Positions 37,980-49,739 of a stretch of DNA of 59,283 nucleotides are shown piece after piece. Source of the stretch: Dicyema japonicum (taxonomy: Eukaryota > Animalia > Dicyemida). Position 1 is the first letter of the stretch; every line of letters begins with the position of its first letter. Under the pieces are notes generated by a model. It saw only the letters and a program-made list of their open reading frames with translations. It was not told the DNA's origin and did not search any database. Both the position numbers and the translations under genes were made by a program. The DNA lies in contig RDEW01000054.1 of the NCBI GenBank assembly GCA_011109175.1, positions 1-59,283 on the forward strand, written 5' to 3'.

Positions 37980-38283
37980 CCACGTGGCACTAATGTTAGT
38001 GTGGTGCTATGTGACTACTTGAAGATTATTTGTATGCTTCTTCTGTTCCTTCTCTTCCCATTTGACTCTAAAGAGCTTGAATTGTTAGTGTGCGTCATGT
38101 GGTTCACCATCTCTGGTGGCGCCAGATATAATATAAATTATATCCACAAAGGACCATTAGTCAACAACCATCCAGAGGAGTTCCCCTGGACGGCACTTTC
38201 TTCAAGTTTGAGCATGCGAAGACTGCTGAGTGAGGCCGGGATCACCTGATTCTCTTCATTCTGACAATGACGGTGTTTTTTTG
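37980..38283 (+). mobile_element. Non-autonomous family B, copy 1
   Basis: CCACGTGG leader, structured core at 38090-38156, then ccgggatcacctga...acggtgttt matching the LINE 3' end. Confidence 0.75.
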
Positions 38284-38359
38284 ATTCAATAAATTTAATT
38301 TAAATTTAACAATTATCATCACTAATCGACGAGGAAGAACTAAGGAATGCTTTTCACTT

Positions 38360-38500
38360 TTTTTTCTATTTGTTGGGTGTGGGTCCTTTTTAGACGACCG
38401 GTTCCGCAGTTAGATGTTCACTGATGACGGCATTATTCGTCAAGATGCGTGTAACCTTCAGCTGAAATGTACAGCAGCGAGATTTGAACAATAGACCATC
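38360..38500 (-). mobile_element. tRNA-derived SINE-like element, copy 2
   Basis: gttcaaatctcgctgctg...gaaggtt.cacgcatct...tgacgaa...gccgtcatcagtg is collinear with 34258-34348. Confidence 0.6.
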
Positions 38501-38599
38501 AGGTTTTTTCTGCAAATTAAGTTTCACATTTCCTGGCAAAAATGTCAAAACAATAATCGAATACAAAAAACGTTTAAGAATTTATTAAATCGATATTTT

Positions 38600-39100
38600 C
38601 AACATCATCGATAATTATTTCCATTTCATCGGAAACATCGTCATATTAATTCTCTAATTCAACATATGCGACATTCCCCTTTTCAGATTTTTCTGCTAAA
38701 ATTGCCTTGAATGCAAAAAAGAGAACTTATTTGGTGTAATTCCGCAGCATTCGAAACTTTTAATTATTGACATTGGTGTTATTTTATTTATTGAAAAAAA
38801 TGTCATTTGCAAAACAAATTCCCAGCTTATTCGATAACCCTTGGGTGTAAATTCTTTGACATCTTCAGAAATCCACTTATCCCATTAAATATTTTTTGGA
38901 ATTTTACATTTAGGAATTTTTTATACCTTTCTAAATAATAAGACTCTAAACAATCTTTCCTGCTTCATACCACAGAGAATCGGATTTTCCCGTGTCCTGT
39001 TCCATATGCTTCAACATTTTTCATTAATAAACGAAATTGTCCAGAATTCAATCATATCAAATAAACTGGAGTCTCTATTAAATAAAGTTTCTGGTTCATA
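38600..39100 (-). mobile_element. pogo/Tigger-type DDE remnant
   Basis: ILDNF, W.KW...FTPKG and SFECCGIT motifs among many stops. Confidence 0.4.
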
Positions 39101-39409
39101 GTCTTAAGTTACTAACTTTGATACGAGCAAATAATCAGCAATTCCTTTTTTCTAAGTCAGCTTTTTTTGTGGTCGAACATGTTGGAATATTCCAACGGTC
39201 AGAAGGGCAACAGTAGAAGCTTCTACTCAGACAGAAGAACCTGTGAAGGGAAAGAAAGAAGAAATCTCAACACAGGTCAATGATGGTGAATGTCAACTTG
39301 ATTATTCACAAACTTTGGAAAAATTAGAGAAAAGCATTATAGAAGTAACGAAAACAAAAAAGGATACGAAGCATTTATTGGATTTGGTGGCTGATCCTAC
39401 CTCTTAGGA

Positions 39410-41150
39410 GGCACATTATGGTAAAACTGGACATCAAGAACGCTTTTAACAGCTTAAGAAGAGACTGCATTCTGGAGGCCTGCAAGGAGAGATGTCCGTA
39501 CATATTTGAACTGGTCAATTATTCATACGGAAAACCTTCATCACTATTACACGGGGATTTCATAGTTCGATCGTCCTCAGGTGTTCAACAGGGCGACCCC
39601 CTTGGACCACTGCTGTTCTCCCTCGGCATTGAGAAAATCACGAAGCTCTCTAGATGCCCACTCAACATCTGGTACCTCGATGACGCTGTCTTAGGAGGTC
39701 CCCCGGAAACGGTCTTCCAGGACTTAGAAGTACTCACCCCCGCGCTGTCCGAGGTGGGTCTTCAGTTGAATATAAAGAAATGTGAAATAACAAACTGTGG
39801 TCTTGCTGACGATGACTTCTCTTCAATTGTTCAAAAATTTTACTCCTTGTTTCCCGATGGGATTGAAAATGAATTGATTTTTCTTGGTTCCCCGATCACT
39901 AGTAATGTGATGAAGCATGTCCTCCTTGACAAAAAAAACGACTCCTATGCGATTCGCTGGAAAGATTACAGCTGCTGGATTTCACACAGCACTATTCCTA
40001 TTGAAAAGAAGTCTCAACATCCAGAGAATCTCCTATCTATAAGGACAGCTCCATATTATTCTCAACTGGAGCTGCTAGAGAATTTTGATTTGTCTCTCCT
40101 CAGCTCGACGGAGCAAATATTTAATGTCCGATTCGTCGATGATACATGGATGCAGGCTACACTCCCAGTTAGATTCGGGGGTCTTGGAATCCGTCGAACT
40201 TTGGACGTCTCACTTCCCGCTCATTTATCATCACTCACGGCCTGAGAACCTTTGGTCAGGAGGATTCTACACTCCCCACCCGAATTCTCAACTGACCAAG
40301 AGATAATCCACGCACGAGAAGCCTGGAATGCCACCAACCTCCCCCTGCCTCCTTCCCAAGATCGCCAGCGAAACCTGGACAACTTATTATGCTGGAAATC
40401 GTTTAGACTCCTACTAGAATCTGCCAATCAGCACCGACGCGCTTGTTTGCTTTCGGGGGCTTCCCCTGAGAGCGGAGCTTGGCTAAACGCCATCCCCAAT
40501 GGAGCTTTGGGCACTTTTCTGGATGATGAATGCGTTAGAACTGGTATCTCTCTGCGGCTGGACTAAAAGTATGTGTACCTCACCCGTGCCGATGTGGCAT
40601 CCTGATAGACTGCTATGGCCTGCACCCTCTCACCTGCAGGAGGAGCGCTGGCAGATCCCCAAGGCACAAGGCTCTGAATGAAATTGTCAGGCGAGCTATG
40701 GATGCTGCTGGATACTCGGCCATTCTTGAACCGGTCGGGTTATGCAGAAGTGACGGAAAACGACCGGACGGGATGACCATATTTCCATTTGAGGCCGGGA
40801 AACCACTGGTTTGGGATGTGACATGTACAGACACGTTCGCCCAGAAAAATCTTCACGAGAGTGCTACAAGGGCCTGTTCAGCATCCGTAAAGGCGGAGAA
40901 GGCCAAACTCGTTAAATACGTCGACCTTCCCGATGATGTCAAATTTGTTCCCCTTGCTATGGAGACTTCCGGATCCTACTCCCCCTCTACACTCAAGTTT
41001 TTAGGACGTCTTGGAAACCGGATCACCTCATGCACTGGAGATCTCCGCGAACGCCGCTGGCTATTTGAGAGAATTTCGCTCGCAATTTTGAGAGGGAACA
41101 GCCACGCGGTGAGGGCGGCAACTACCTGACTTCTATTGTTTAAATTTTTT
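39410..41150 (+). mobile_element. CRE-clade non-LTR retrotransposon (RT plus RLE), 5'-truncated
   Basis: KLDIKNAFNSL, GVQQGDPLGPLLF, WYLDD, AWLNAIP, RPDGMT...WDVTCTDT and ERISLAILRGN. Confidence 0.9.
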
Positions 41151-41299
41151 GATTTGTAAAAAAATTGATATTTTCAAAAAAAACTTCGATTTATTATAAA
41201 TCTAATTTGAATACGAAGAGACCAAGAATTATTGAAGAAGATGTATGTGAACTAGTCAGTGTGCAAATACAAACAAATATTGGATAGATAACAGTTGGA

Positions 41300-43620
41300 G
41301 GAATTTATTCTAAAAGCTTACGTGAGTACCCTTGGATCATTGCGAAATTTTTTAACGAAAACGTGAATCCGATTTTGGTTGGGGACATGGACGCAAAGCA
41401 TGTTGATTATGGATGTGTTACAACAAATCAGGATGGAAAATGTCTTATAAAGTGGATGGAATCAGGAGAATTAAAATTTTGACGTCAGCAGAAATAAATC
41501 ACTATGCAACTTATAGTGGTGATAAACTTGGATTGTTCATAATGCCTCTGACGATGAGTGAAATGTGTGATCCTCCATATATCGAAAATGACATAGGAAG
41601 TGATCACATCCCACAAACGATTGAATTAAAAACTGGTCCGGTTTACACACGACATTTATTCATTGGATATGATGTCAGCAAAATTGATTGGAATCACTTC
41701 AATTTCTACATCAGGCTGAAAATTGGTAATGTTTGTGATTTGGGGATTTCGAAACCGGAGATATCGACATTCTGGATAACAAAATAAGATCTTTGTTGTT
41801 AAGTTATCTGGAAAATTATGGAAAAAGAAAAAATCTGTTGCCGCAGGAGAATATGATAATAGGAGTAGAAGAACGCTCTTTGCGTCAGGAGAAGAATAAG
41901 TTAGAAAATAAATTAAAGAGGTGTTGGGATATCTTCGACTCTCAAGAACTTAAAATGCAGATCAAGTTAGTGAAGAAGAAAATAATGGATGTTGTAAAGA
42001 AGAATGAAGAAAAATTATGGAAAAGAGAATGTTCAAAGTTACGTCGACAGAACCCAAAATTTTGGAAACTATATGCAAGAATGAATTCTCCCAGTAATAA
42101 GAATGAAGAAATATCTCTCAAGTCAGATGATGGTCTCACTATTCCAAAAGAAGAAATTCCAAATGTTTTACGTCGACAATTGTCCAAAATTCAAGAGATA
42201 GATCCGGCATTTTTATTCCGATAGAAGTACAAGATACAAGAAGTAGTTATAAAGAAAAGTCGAAACTGAGTGGTCCCTTGTGTCATCCTATAACGCTGGA
42301 AGAAATAAATGCTGAATTAAGGGTTGCAAAAATAAAGCACCAGGGTGTGATTTTATCCCAATGAGTATTTTCAAGAACGCAGGCCCAATTTTAATTGAGT
42401 GCCTAAAAATATTATATAATTCTTCTTGGAGTTTTGGTCATGTTCCAGCTTATTGGAAACGAACAATTGTACGCATGGTTGTGAAAAAAGGAAAGCCAAG
42501 GTCAAAAGCAGATAGTTATAGGCCAATTAGCCTAGTCTGCTCAATATCGAAAGTTATGGAAAAAATTGTTTTCAATCGTCTATCAAGCATGTTGAGGATA
42601 ATAATTTTCTCTCTGATAATCAACTGGGATTTCGGCATAAAAAAGGGACTGGAGATTGCTTTAAAGAGCTAAGATCTGCAATCGAAATTTCACGAAATAA
42701 AAAGGAATTTCTTACAATAGCATGTTTGGATATAACAAAAGCGTTTGACAGTGTTTGGCACTGGACTTGTTGATACGTTGTCAAAAGCAGAAATTGGGAA
42801 AACTGCGTTATTATGGATAGAAAACTTTCTTTCAAAAAGAAAGTCATATATACGTGTTGGAAATTTAATTTCAAAGTAAATTGAATTGCGAAGAGGAGTT
42901 CCACAGGGTTCAATTCTCAGCCCGCTACTCTTCAATTGCGTAATGAGAGATTTGCCGAAAACAGAGAGCGTAAATAGTCAAATGATTATTTATGCTGATG
43001 ACATTCTTGTGCTTGATTCAAGCATGAATAAACAAATTTCATGGAAAAGGGTGGAATCCCATATTACTAAGATTGGAAAGTGGTGCCAAAACAATGGGTT
43101 GATTTTATCGAGGGAAAAAACAACAGTCACTTGGATTGCAAGTAAAAGAAAAAATATTAATCAATGTGTGAATACTGGGGATATAAAAATCTCTGAAGCA
43201 TTGAAGTATCTCGGATTGTTGATAGACCGACGAGGATCTTTCAAGGAACATATTAAAACACGAAGAAAGAAAGATACAGAAATGTTGAAATCTTTAATTC
43301 GATTTCATTTGGAGCCTGAAACTTTTCTTTTTGTGTATTCGGCGTGTGTTGAACCTTTCTTAATAAATGTTTATCAAGGATGGTTTAGAACAAAAGAAAT
43401 GATGTATTTGTCAAAAATTTGGAAAAGTCCAGAAGATTTGCGATTAAATTGGCATATGGACTGGACTTAAAATCTAATACCGAAGAAGATTACGACCTGA
43501 AAGTCAGAAAGATAGAAAAATTATTACATCACTTATGGAAAATGTTATGTAATTTTTGGGGTCCAAACGAAGTAGAGACATGTGGTGTCTCATAAAATGA
43601 CGCTACACAATAAATACAAA
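41300..43620 (+). mobile_element. I/Jockey-group LINE (APE C-terminus plus RT)
   Basis: GSDHIP, KAPG, DSYRPISLVCSISKVMEK, LDITKAFDSVWH, GVPQGSILSPLLF, YADD and KYLGL. Confidence 0.85.
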
Positions 43621-43811
43621 CCCACTTAATTAGTTTTGGTTCAGGTTTTGGTTTCTTAACAGTAATTAGTTTTGGGGTTTGTTAGAAAATAAAATTTGTC
43701 TTGTCTTGTCTACTGAGTTCGACTTGTGAGTGTCATAGGACTAATCGTTTAATTTAGAGGAAAAAAATCGATATTGCAAGTAGCGCATAGTTGCAGGTAG
43801 CGCTCGCGACA
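43620..43811 (-). mobile_element. Orphan end of the TGT..ACA element family
   Basis: Reverse complement of 48415-48530 (TIR plus gacactcacaagtcgaac). Confidence 0.75.
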
Positions 43812-43816
43812 TAATA

Positions 43817-45598
43817 CAGTAGGACCCCCCCACTCAAACCCCGGCCCTGGGCACCCTCTGTATTTGGGGCGATTTTTTAAATAAATATAATTATAAATGA
43901 TCTTTTACATTTTTTCACATTTTTCGTTCAATAAATTCAAAATAAAAACCCCGCTTTTTGGGGCACTTTCTCTATAGAAAATTTAAAAATCTATTATTTA
44001 GTTTTTATCTTTAATTTATTAATTTTCAAATAATTGTCAGCATGCCTGCGAAGCTTAGTCGTCATTTGAAACAACAGATTTTCGATTCTTTAATAAATCA
44101 AAATATGTCAGAAAGAAAAATTTGTCGATTATACAAGATTGGAAAGGAACTGTTTCTCGAATTAAAAAAGAAATTGGAAGGAAAATATTTCGTTAAACAA
44201 AGAAGTATTTTTTGAGGAAGTTTCATGCAAGAAGTTTGAATCCGACCTTTCATTCAAATTGATCGACTAGTATTCGAAGTCTTCAACAATTTGAGAAAGG
44301 ATGGGATTTCAGTATCTGGATGTCTCCTCAAAAATATTGCAAAAAAGATTGCTGACAAATTTGAGTTTAATGATTTCAAGGCATCAAATGGATGGCTTGA
44401 TCGATTTAAAAAGCGACATGAATTACTATTCGACATGAAAAAAACTCATCCGACAAAAAAAACTTAGAGTTTTTTAACAATTACGACAGTTTATTTGAGG
44501 AATACGATAAAAAAGATATTTTTAACTGCGACGAAACTTCTCTTTTTATTAAAAAAAATTCATGTAGATCATTTGTCTCTTCAAATGATGATTGTTTTGG
44601 TAAAACGAAAAGTAAAGAACGAGTTTCAGTTCTTTTATGCTGCAGCCGTGAAGGCGAGAAATTAAAACCCCTTGTTATCGGGAAATTCAAATCCCCAAGA
44701 TGCTTAAAAAACATAAATACAGAAGATTATGGGGTATATTGTGTTAATTTTAGGTTCTATATACAGCTTCAAAAAATGCATGGATGACGATGGATATTTT
44801 TGATACATGGCTACAAAAAATAAACTTCGAAATGGTTCAAAAAAACAGGAAAATTTTGATTATTATGGATAATGCACGTTGTCAGAAATGTCAGGAATAT
44901 TCAAACTTATCTTTTCTTAAACTTCCTAAAAACACAACAGCACTTTTTCAACCTTTAGATATGGGGATCATAAACTCATTCAAATCATGTTATAAGAATG
45001 TTCTTTATGAAATGATATGTTTTGACGATGCTAATGAATACTATGATGCCCTGTTGAAGATCAATATGAGACAAGTAGTCGCATTTGTGGGAGAAGCATG
45101 GACTCGTGTAACAAAAACTACAATATTGAATTGTTGGAAAAAGATAAATGAGCAAAGAACATTTGTCCATGAAACAAATTCAAAAAAAGAATCCGAATTA
45201 ATTGATGAACATATTTAACAGAACTTGAAATAAATGGAATAGAAGACAATGAGGCTTTGTATTATGGAAATAATGAGATGGATGGGCTATATTTAAAAAA
45301 TACAATAAAAATTATGAATAATCTTGAATCTTCATTATTTAACATTTGTCCTGAAGGGCTTAAAGAATACTATGAATTTAGGATTAAAATTTCAAAAATG
45401 CTAAGAAACAAATATTCCATTGGGAACAAAATAACTGATTATTTTTCATAAATAAATTGATTCCTTTTTGTAATATGAAGCAAAACATTGTATTGTAAAA
45501 ATAATTATTTAAAAATACGAATAGAGAGGTTAAAAATGTAATAATTTAGTATACTCTCTATATTTGGGGCACTTTTCTATTGGGGCGGGGTCCTACTG
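43817..45598 (+). mobile_element. Tigger/pogo DNA transposon, full length, transposase frameshifted
   Basis: TA-flanked TIR CAGTAGGACCCC/GGGGTCCTACTG. CENP-B HTH motif FKASNGWLDRFKKRH, then IFNCDETSL, KERVSVLLC, AWMT, IIMDNA and QPLDMGII. Confidence 0.9.
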
Positions 45599-45629
45599 TA
45601 ATATTATAATTATTGTCAGGAAATACTTG

Positions 45630-46222
45630 AATTGACCTCCAACCTGACACACACACTTAGACTCCTGATTAGGATCCCCAAAGCTGTATATCTGTCGCGG
45701 ACTGCCTATGTGAGTGTATTGAAAGAGCAGTTTCTTCGGACGACTCTGATGATTGGGTACGATTATTTTGCTCCATTCACACTATGCATACCCCATAAAA
45801 GGGGGAAAGAAGAGAAATCACTTACGTCATTAGTAAAGGAGAATGTCCACACATTCTTCTCAAAGAACCTATTGGCAGACTCAGAAAAGCTCACCTACAA
45901 ATTTCAAAACCATGAGAAGCCAACATCGACTATCTCGGACACTCAGAGATTAAGAAGCGCGATCCGTCGAAAACTTTCGGAAGGTGGTATCCGTGCTGCG
46001 GTGAGGATCCTTGCAGATCAACAATGTATAATTGAGCCGTCTGAACAGTCCTACGCATCACTTGTTGAGCGACACCAAAGTCTCCCCAACGACCACCGGG
46101 TTCCCCCTTGCCCATGACAATTACCCAATCTACTTGTCTCTGAAGAGGACGTAAAAGATGGGATCCTCTCTTTCGTCCCGAGTAGCAGTGGAGGACTAGA
46201 TGGGCTCCGTCCGGGTCATTTA
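45630..46222 (+). mobile_element. CRE-clade N-terminal fragment
   Basis: SAIRRKLSEGGIRAAVRIL...SSSGGLDGLRPGH, ending abruptly at CCACGTGG. Confidence 0.75.
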
Positions 46223-47323
46223 CCACGTGGCTGGTAAATATTCTGTTATGACACTTTTAGAAATAGTTCCCTTTTTTCTCAAGATTATTGATTTGTTAAG
46301 ATTCCAGATTTGACCTGGTTGCCGTTTTTTGGTAATCAATTTAACAGATCATGTTAACCATCACGAGGCTTCAAATGGTACCTTCGAATCCTTTCGATTT
46401 TATATTACTAAAGGTTCGAATCACGAAACTATTAGCAAAGTTATCTCTCTCTAATTGTCCTGTCACCACTGCTGAATTTTTGGAAAGGAGTAAGTATCAC
46501 GACCCTTCGTTTTTAGGCAATTTCCGTTGAGATTTCTGGCATTATTGTTCCGGGCACGTCTAAGTTTATCAGGTCAATCGGAAGGTTTACGGGGAAGCGG
46601 GAGGGTGAAACTAGAATGACAGAACATTGGGCTCGCGATTATGAGAGGTAGCTCCAATCACGTGAACAATGCCTGCAGACCATAATGGAGATCTGTCTTA
46701 CAACTTTACTGTGATAGTTATTAGCAAAATTTATTTAAAAACCGTCATGTGGCTCGCCGACGACGTGATGGAATTTGGAAGAAAAGATCCACACTTTTTG
46801 CTATCTTCACCAAAGGGACTCACTTTTATCCGACATGCTGAGAACAAAGTAACTTCTAAAGAAAATGAGAATTTTAAAAGTGCTCTCAAAAACACTCAAG
46901 ACCAAATTGGGACCCTTGCCACGGTTTATGAACAATTTATCCACGACAACGTATGAAGTCCTTCGTGGGCAATGCAGATTTCATGCTCCTCGTCATTGAA
47001 CTATCCGCAATCCAAGAGACTGCAGTTGATTGGACCAAACACAAGATCAACCTACTAAAAGTCTTCTAATTGAATTCAACGAAAATTCTCTTAGTCGGCC
47101 AGTAAACCGAGCTGCCCCCAATTTCATATACTATCGAAGTATCTACAAACATGTCAAAAGTTTGAGCCAAAAAGAAAAGCAGTACAGGATTCTCGACCCC
47201 ACCGAAGTTGTCCTTTCCTTGTCGGTCTTGGATATAAATTATTTTAATACAAAACTAGACCATTTGCACAGTGTCGAATATGTGAATTAAAATTAAAATT
47301 GATGGAAAACATAACCACTTAAA

Positions 47324-47539
47324 ATGGAAAAATCATGGGAGTGAGCTTCGATACATATTTCTATTTCAGAAAATAGCCGCCATACAAGAGGGGGATTATG
47401 GGATGACGGAGAAATGGTCTACGGACAAAAAGAACATGATACAGACGCCCTTGAAGATACTAATCCGAATGAACAACGGAGGAGGCCTAATCGTAGTATC
47501 GAGGGAGGAGCATCGAGCCAAGCTGAGAGCCTAGATTAA
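47324..47539 (+). CDS. Unidentified short ORF or terminal exon of a repeated gene family
   Basis: Removing a 29-nt GTGAG..TTTCAG intron (47341-47369) gives MEKSWENSRHTRGGLWDDGEMVYGQKEHDTDALED...GASSQAESLD*. Paralog at 11245-11480. Confidence 0.3.
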
Positions 47540-47599
47540 ATTTGTCGGGATCACTTAGTTTTTTAGTCAAGTTTTTTGATGTGTCGCAAGAATTTATTT

Positions 47600-47900
47600 A
47601 TTCTAGCTCAGGTCTACTGATTGCTCTAGTTTTCGTTTTATGTTTTAAAAAGAGGAACAATTTTTGTAGCATTCTCGAGACTTTCTGAAAAAGTGGCTCA
47701 AGGTTGTTTTGTCGTGTAATATAGTCAATATTGTCTGCATACGATATTTCGGAGATTGCGTTTTCATCATAATTTCTCTGACTACAAAGAGCAATGGTGA
47801 TAGAGAGTAGCCTCGAGGTGTTCTCACACTGGTTTTTGTATATCCGGGAAGTCTCGTACTATCATCCCTTGTCAGCTAAATCTTGGTAAAAAAATTACAA
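47600..47900 (-). mobile_element. R4/Dong-type RT fragment
   Basis: GYSLSPLLFV...TTLSHFF. Confidence 0.45.
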
Positions 47901-49009
47901 TAAGTTTTTAAGGGTGGATAGTGTGACATGTTTATACTAATTATTGCTGTGGCGAATCTTTTCACAGATAGCTGTGGCGACCATATGTGGGACTATACTT
48001 GCATTTTATTAATCTTCCAGTTCTGAACATTGGAACGGAAAAAAGTATGGATCCGTTTAAAGGAAATCAGTTATAGAGTTTTCAGATGACTATTGACTCT
48101 CGATCATATGGAGGAGTTACCACGGAGTCTTGTCAGGCTTTTGTTATCCATTCCCAGCGGTATGTGGAGCTCATAGTGAACATTCAGTATGTTTGCTATT
48201 GTAGTAAGATGTTATCTTATTATTATTTAAGCCAAAGAAACACCCTCTTAACCAATAACTAATATTCAGGTGATCCAACTTTTCAATGCTCTGACCGTGA
48301 CACCACACATTTTCTATACGGACGGGGGTCTTTTTCCCCTCCTCTTCTGAAATTGCCTCCAGTTGCATCTATGATAGAGTCAAGTGTTCTGGGAGCAATT
48401 TCTTTATCCGTATATGTCGCGAGCGCTACTTGGAACTATGCGCTACTTGCAATATCGATTTTTTTTTGCTCGAAATTAAACGAGTAGTATTAAGACACTC
48501 ACAAGTCGAACCATTTTAAAGAAACCAGTTTTACTCAAAAAAACATGAAACTAAAATTATATGTAGATTTATGTTATGCTTTAAAAAATATAAAATTGAA
48601 TTTATTTTTTAAATTCTTAAATTATCTTACTATTAATAATACTGATAAGCATTATAAATAATTTAAAAATTAATTTCAACAATAAAACTCTTAATTTTTC
48701 AATATTTTAAACTATTAAAAATTCCGGGTTATACGATTGTATTCATTTAAGTTTCAATTAAGACAAAAAATTCAAAAAAAAATATTTTATTTATAAGAAA
48801 AGGTAAGTCACTTCTTTTTAAGCTTTTTAACGCGACTCATGTGGAAGATCTAGCTATGTCCCTCATTTGATTGAAGTGTCATTCGCTTGTTAGACAATAT
48901 ATCTACGACTTTCACTTTTTCACTGTAGGGAAATTCAAATTTCCCTAACTTTAGCGAGGGATTTGTCCCATGGTCTTTTTTTACGCAAACCTATATAGTT
49001 AATTTAGTT

Positions 49010-49260
49010 AGTTAAGAGCTCTTTCGCGTGGCCCTAAAAGGGGTTCGCTTGAGCCATGATTTGCAGCCATCCTCCTCGCCCACGCCATCTTGTTCCTGGC
49101 CCTCATTCGAACATCATCCAGATCGTCCGCTGTCACCAATTTACGACTATTTTGTTCGTAGTCATCTTTTAAGCAGGTTGGAAGTGTGTTTCTTGGTCTT
49201 TTTGGTTGAAGTGGTGACGTGCTTCTGTTTTTCTTCTCTAGAAAATTCATGTCTTTATCA
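49010..49260 (-). mobile_element. RTE-type 3' fragment nested in the TIR element
   Basis: RPRNTLPTCLKDD...ADDLDDVRMRARNKMAW. Confidence 0.6.
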
Positions 49261-49499
49261 TGTCTAAATGCAAACCTATTAAACTCTATTTGATGAATCC
49301 ACTAATATATTAATGAAGAAAATGTAAGACAATACAAAAATAATATGGAATAAGCATTAGCACAAACGAAGCACCACAACAACGTGGGAGAAGCGTGACA
49401 TAACAATTCAAATTAGAATTAATAGTTTATATTAATTTTATACATTAAAATTAATATTTTATATTACTAAAAATTAGAATTTTAATCCATTTTCGATTT

Positions 49500-49739
49500 G
49501 CCGCGTGGCGCCATGTGGTGCTGCGTGGTTAATTGGTTTAATTTTTCTGCTTGCTTGTCTGTTCCTCCTCTCTCTTCCTAATAGAGTGGCGTCATGTGAT
49601 CCACCTGTCTAGGTGACGCCCAGTGCCAGGCCGGCATGAAAAAGGATCATTTGCTCTTCCCCACTCTACTGGAGGGGTTACCACAACTGCATGCAATGGA
49701 CGTCTTACCCTTTATGCTTATTCCGGATGGACTCTGTTT
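49500..49739 (+). mobile_element. Non-autonomous family A, copy 2 (3'-truncated)
   Basis: Near-identical to 32943-33180. Core at 49588-49649 with a perfect P1 GGCGTC/GACGCC. Confidence 0.85.

Noticed and set aside
38421-38445. CTGATGA hammerhead core (also 34339-34346 on the minus strand)
   Set aside because: No GAAA or stem III follows. It is the antisense of the SINE hairpin.
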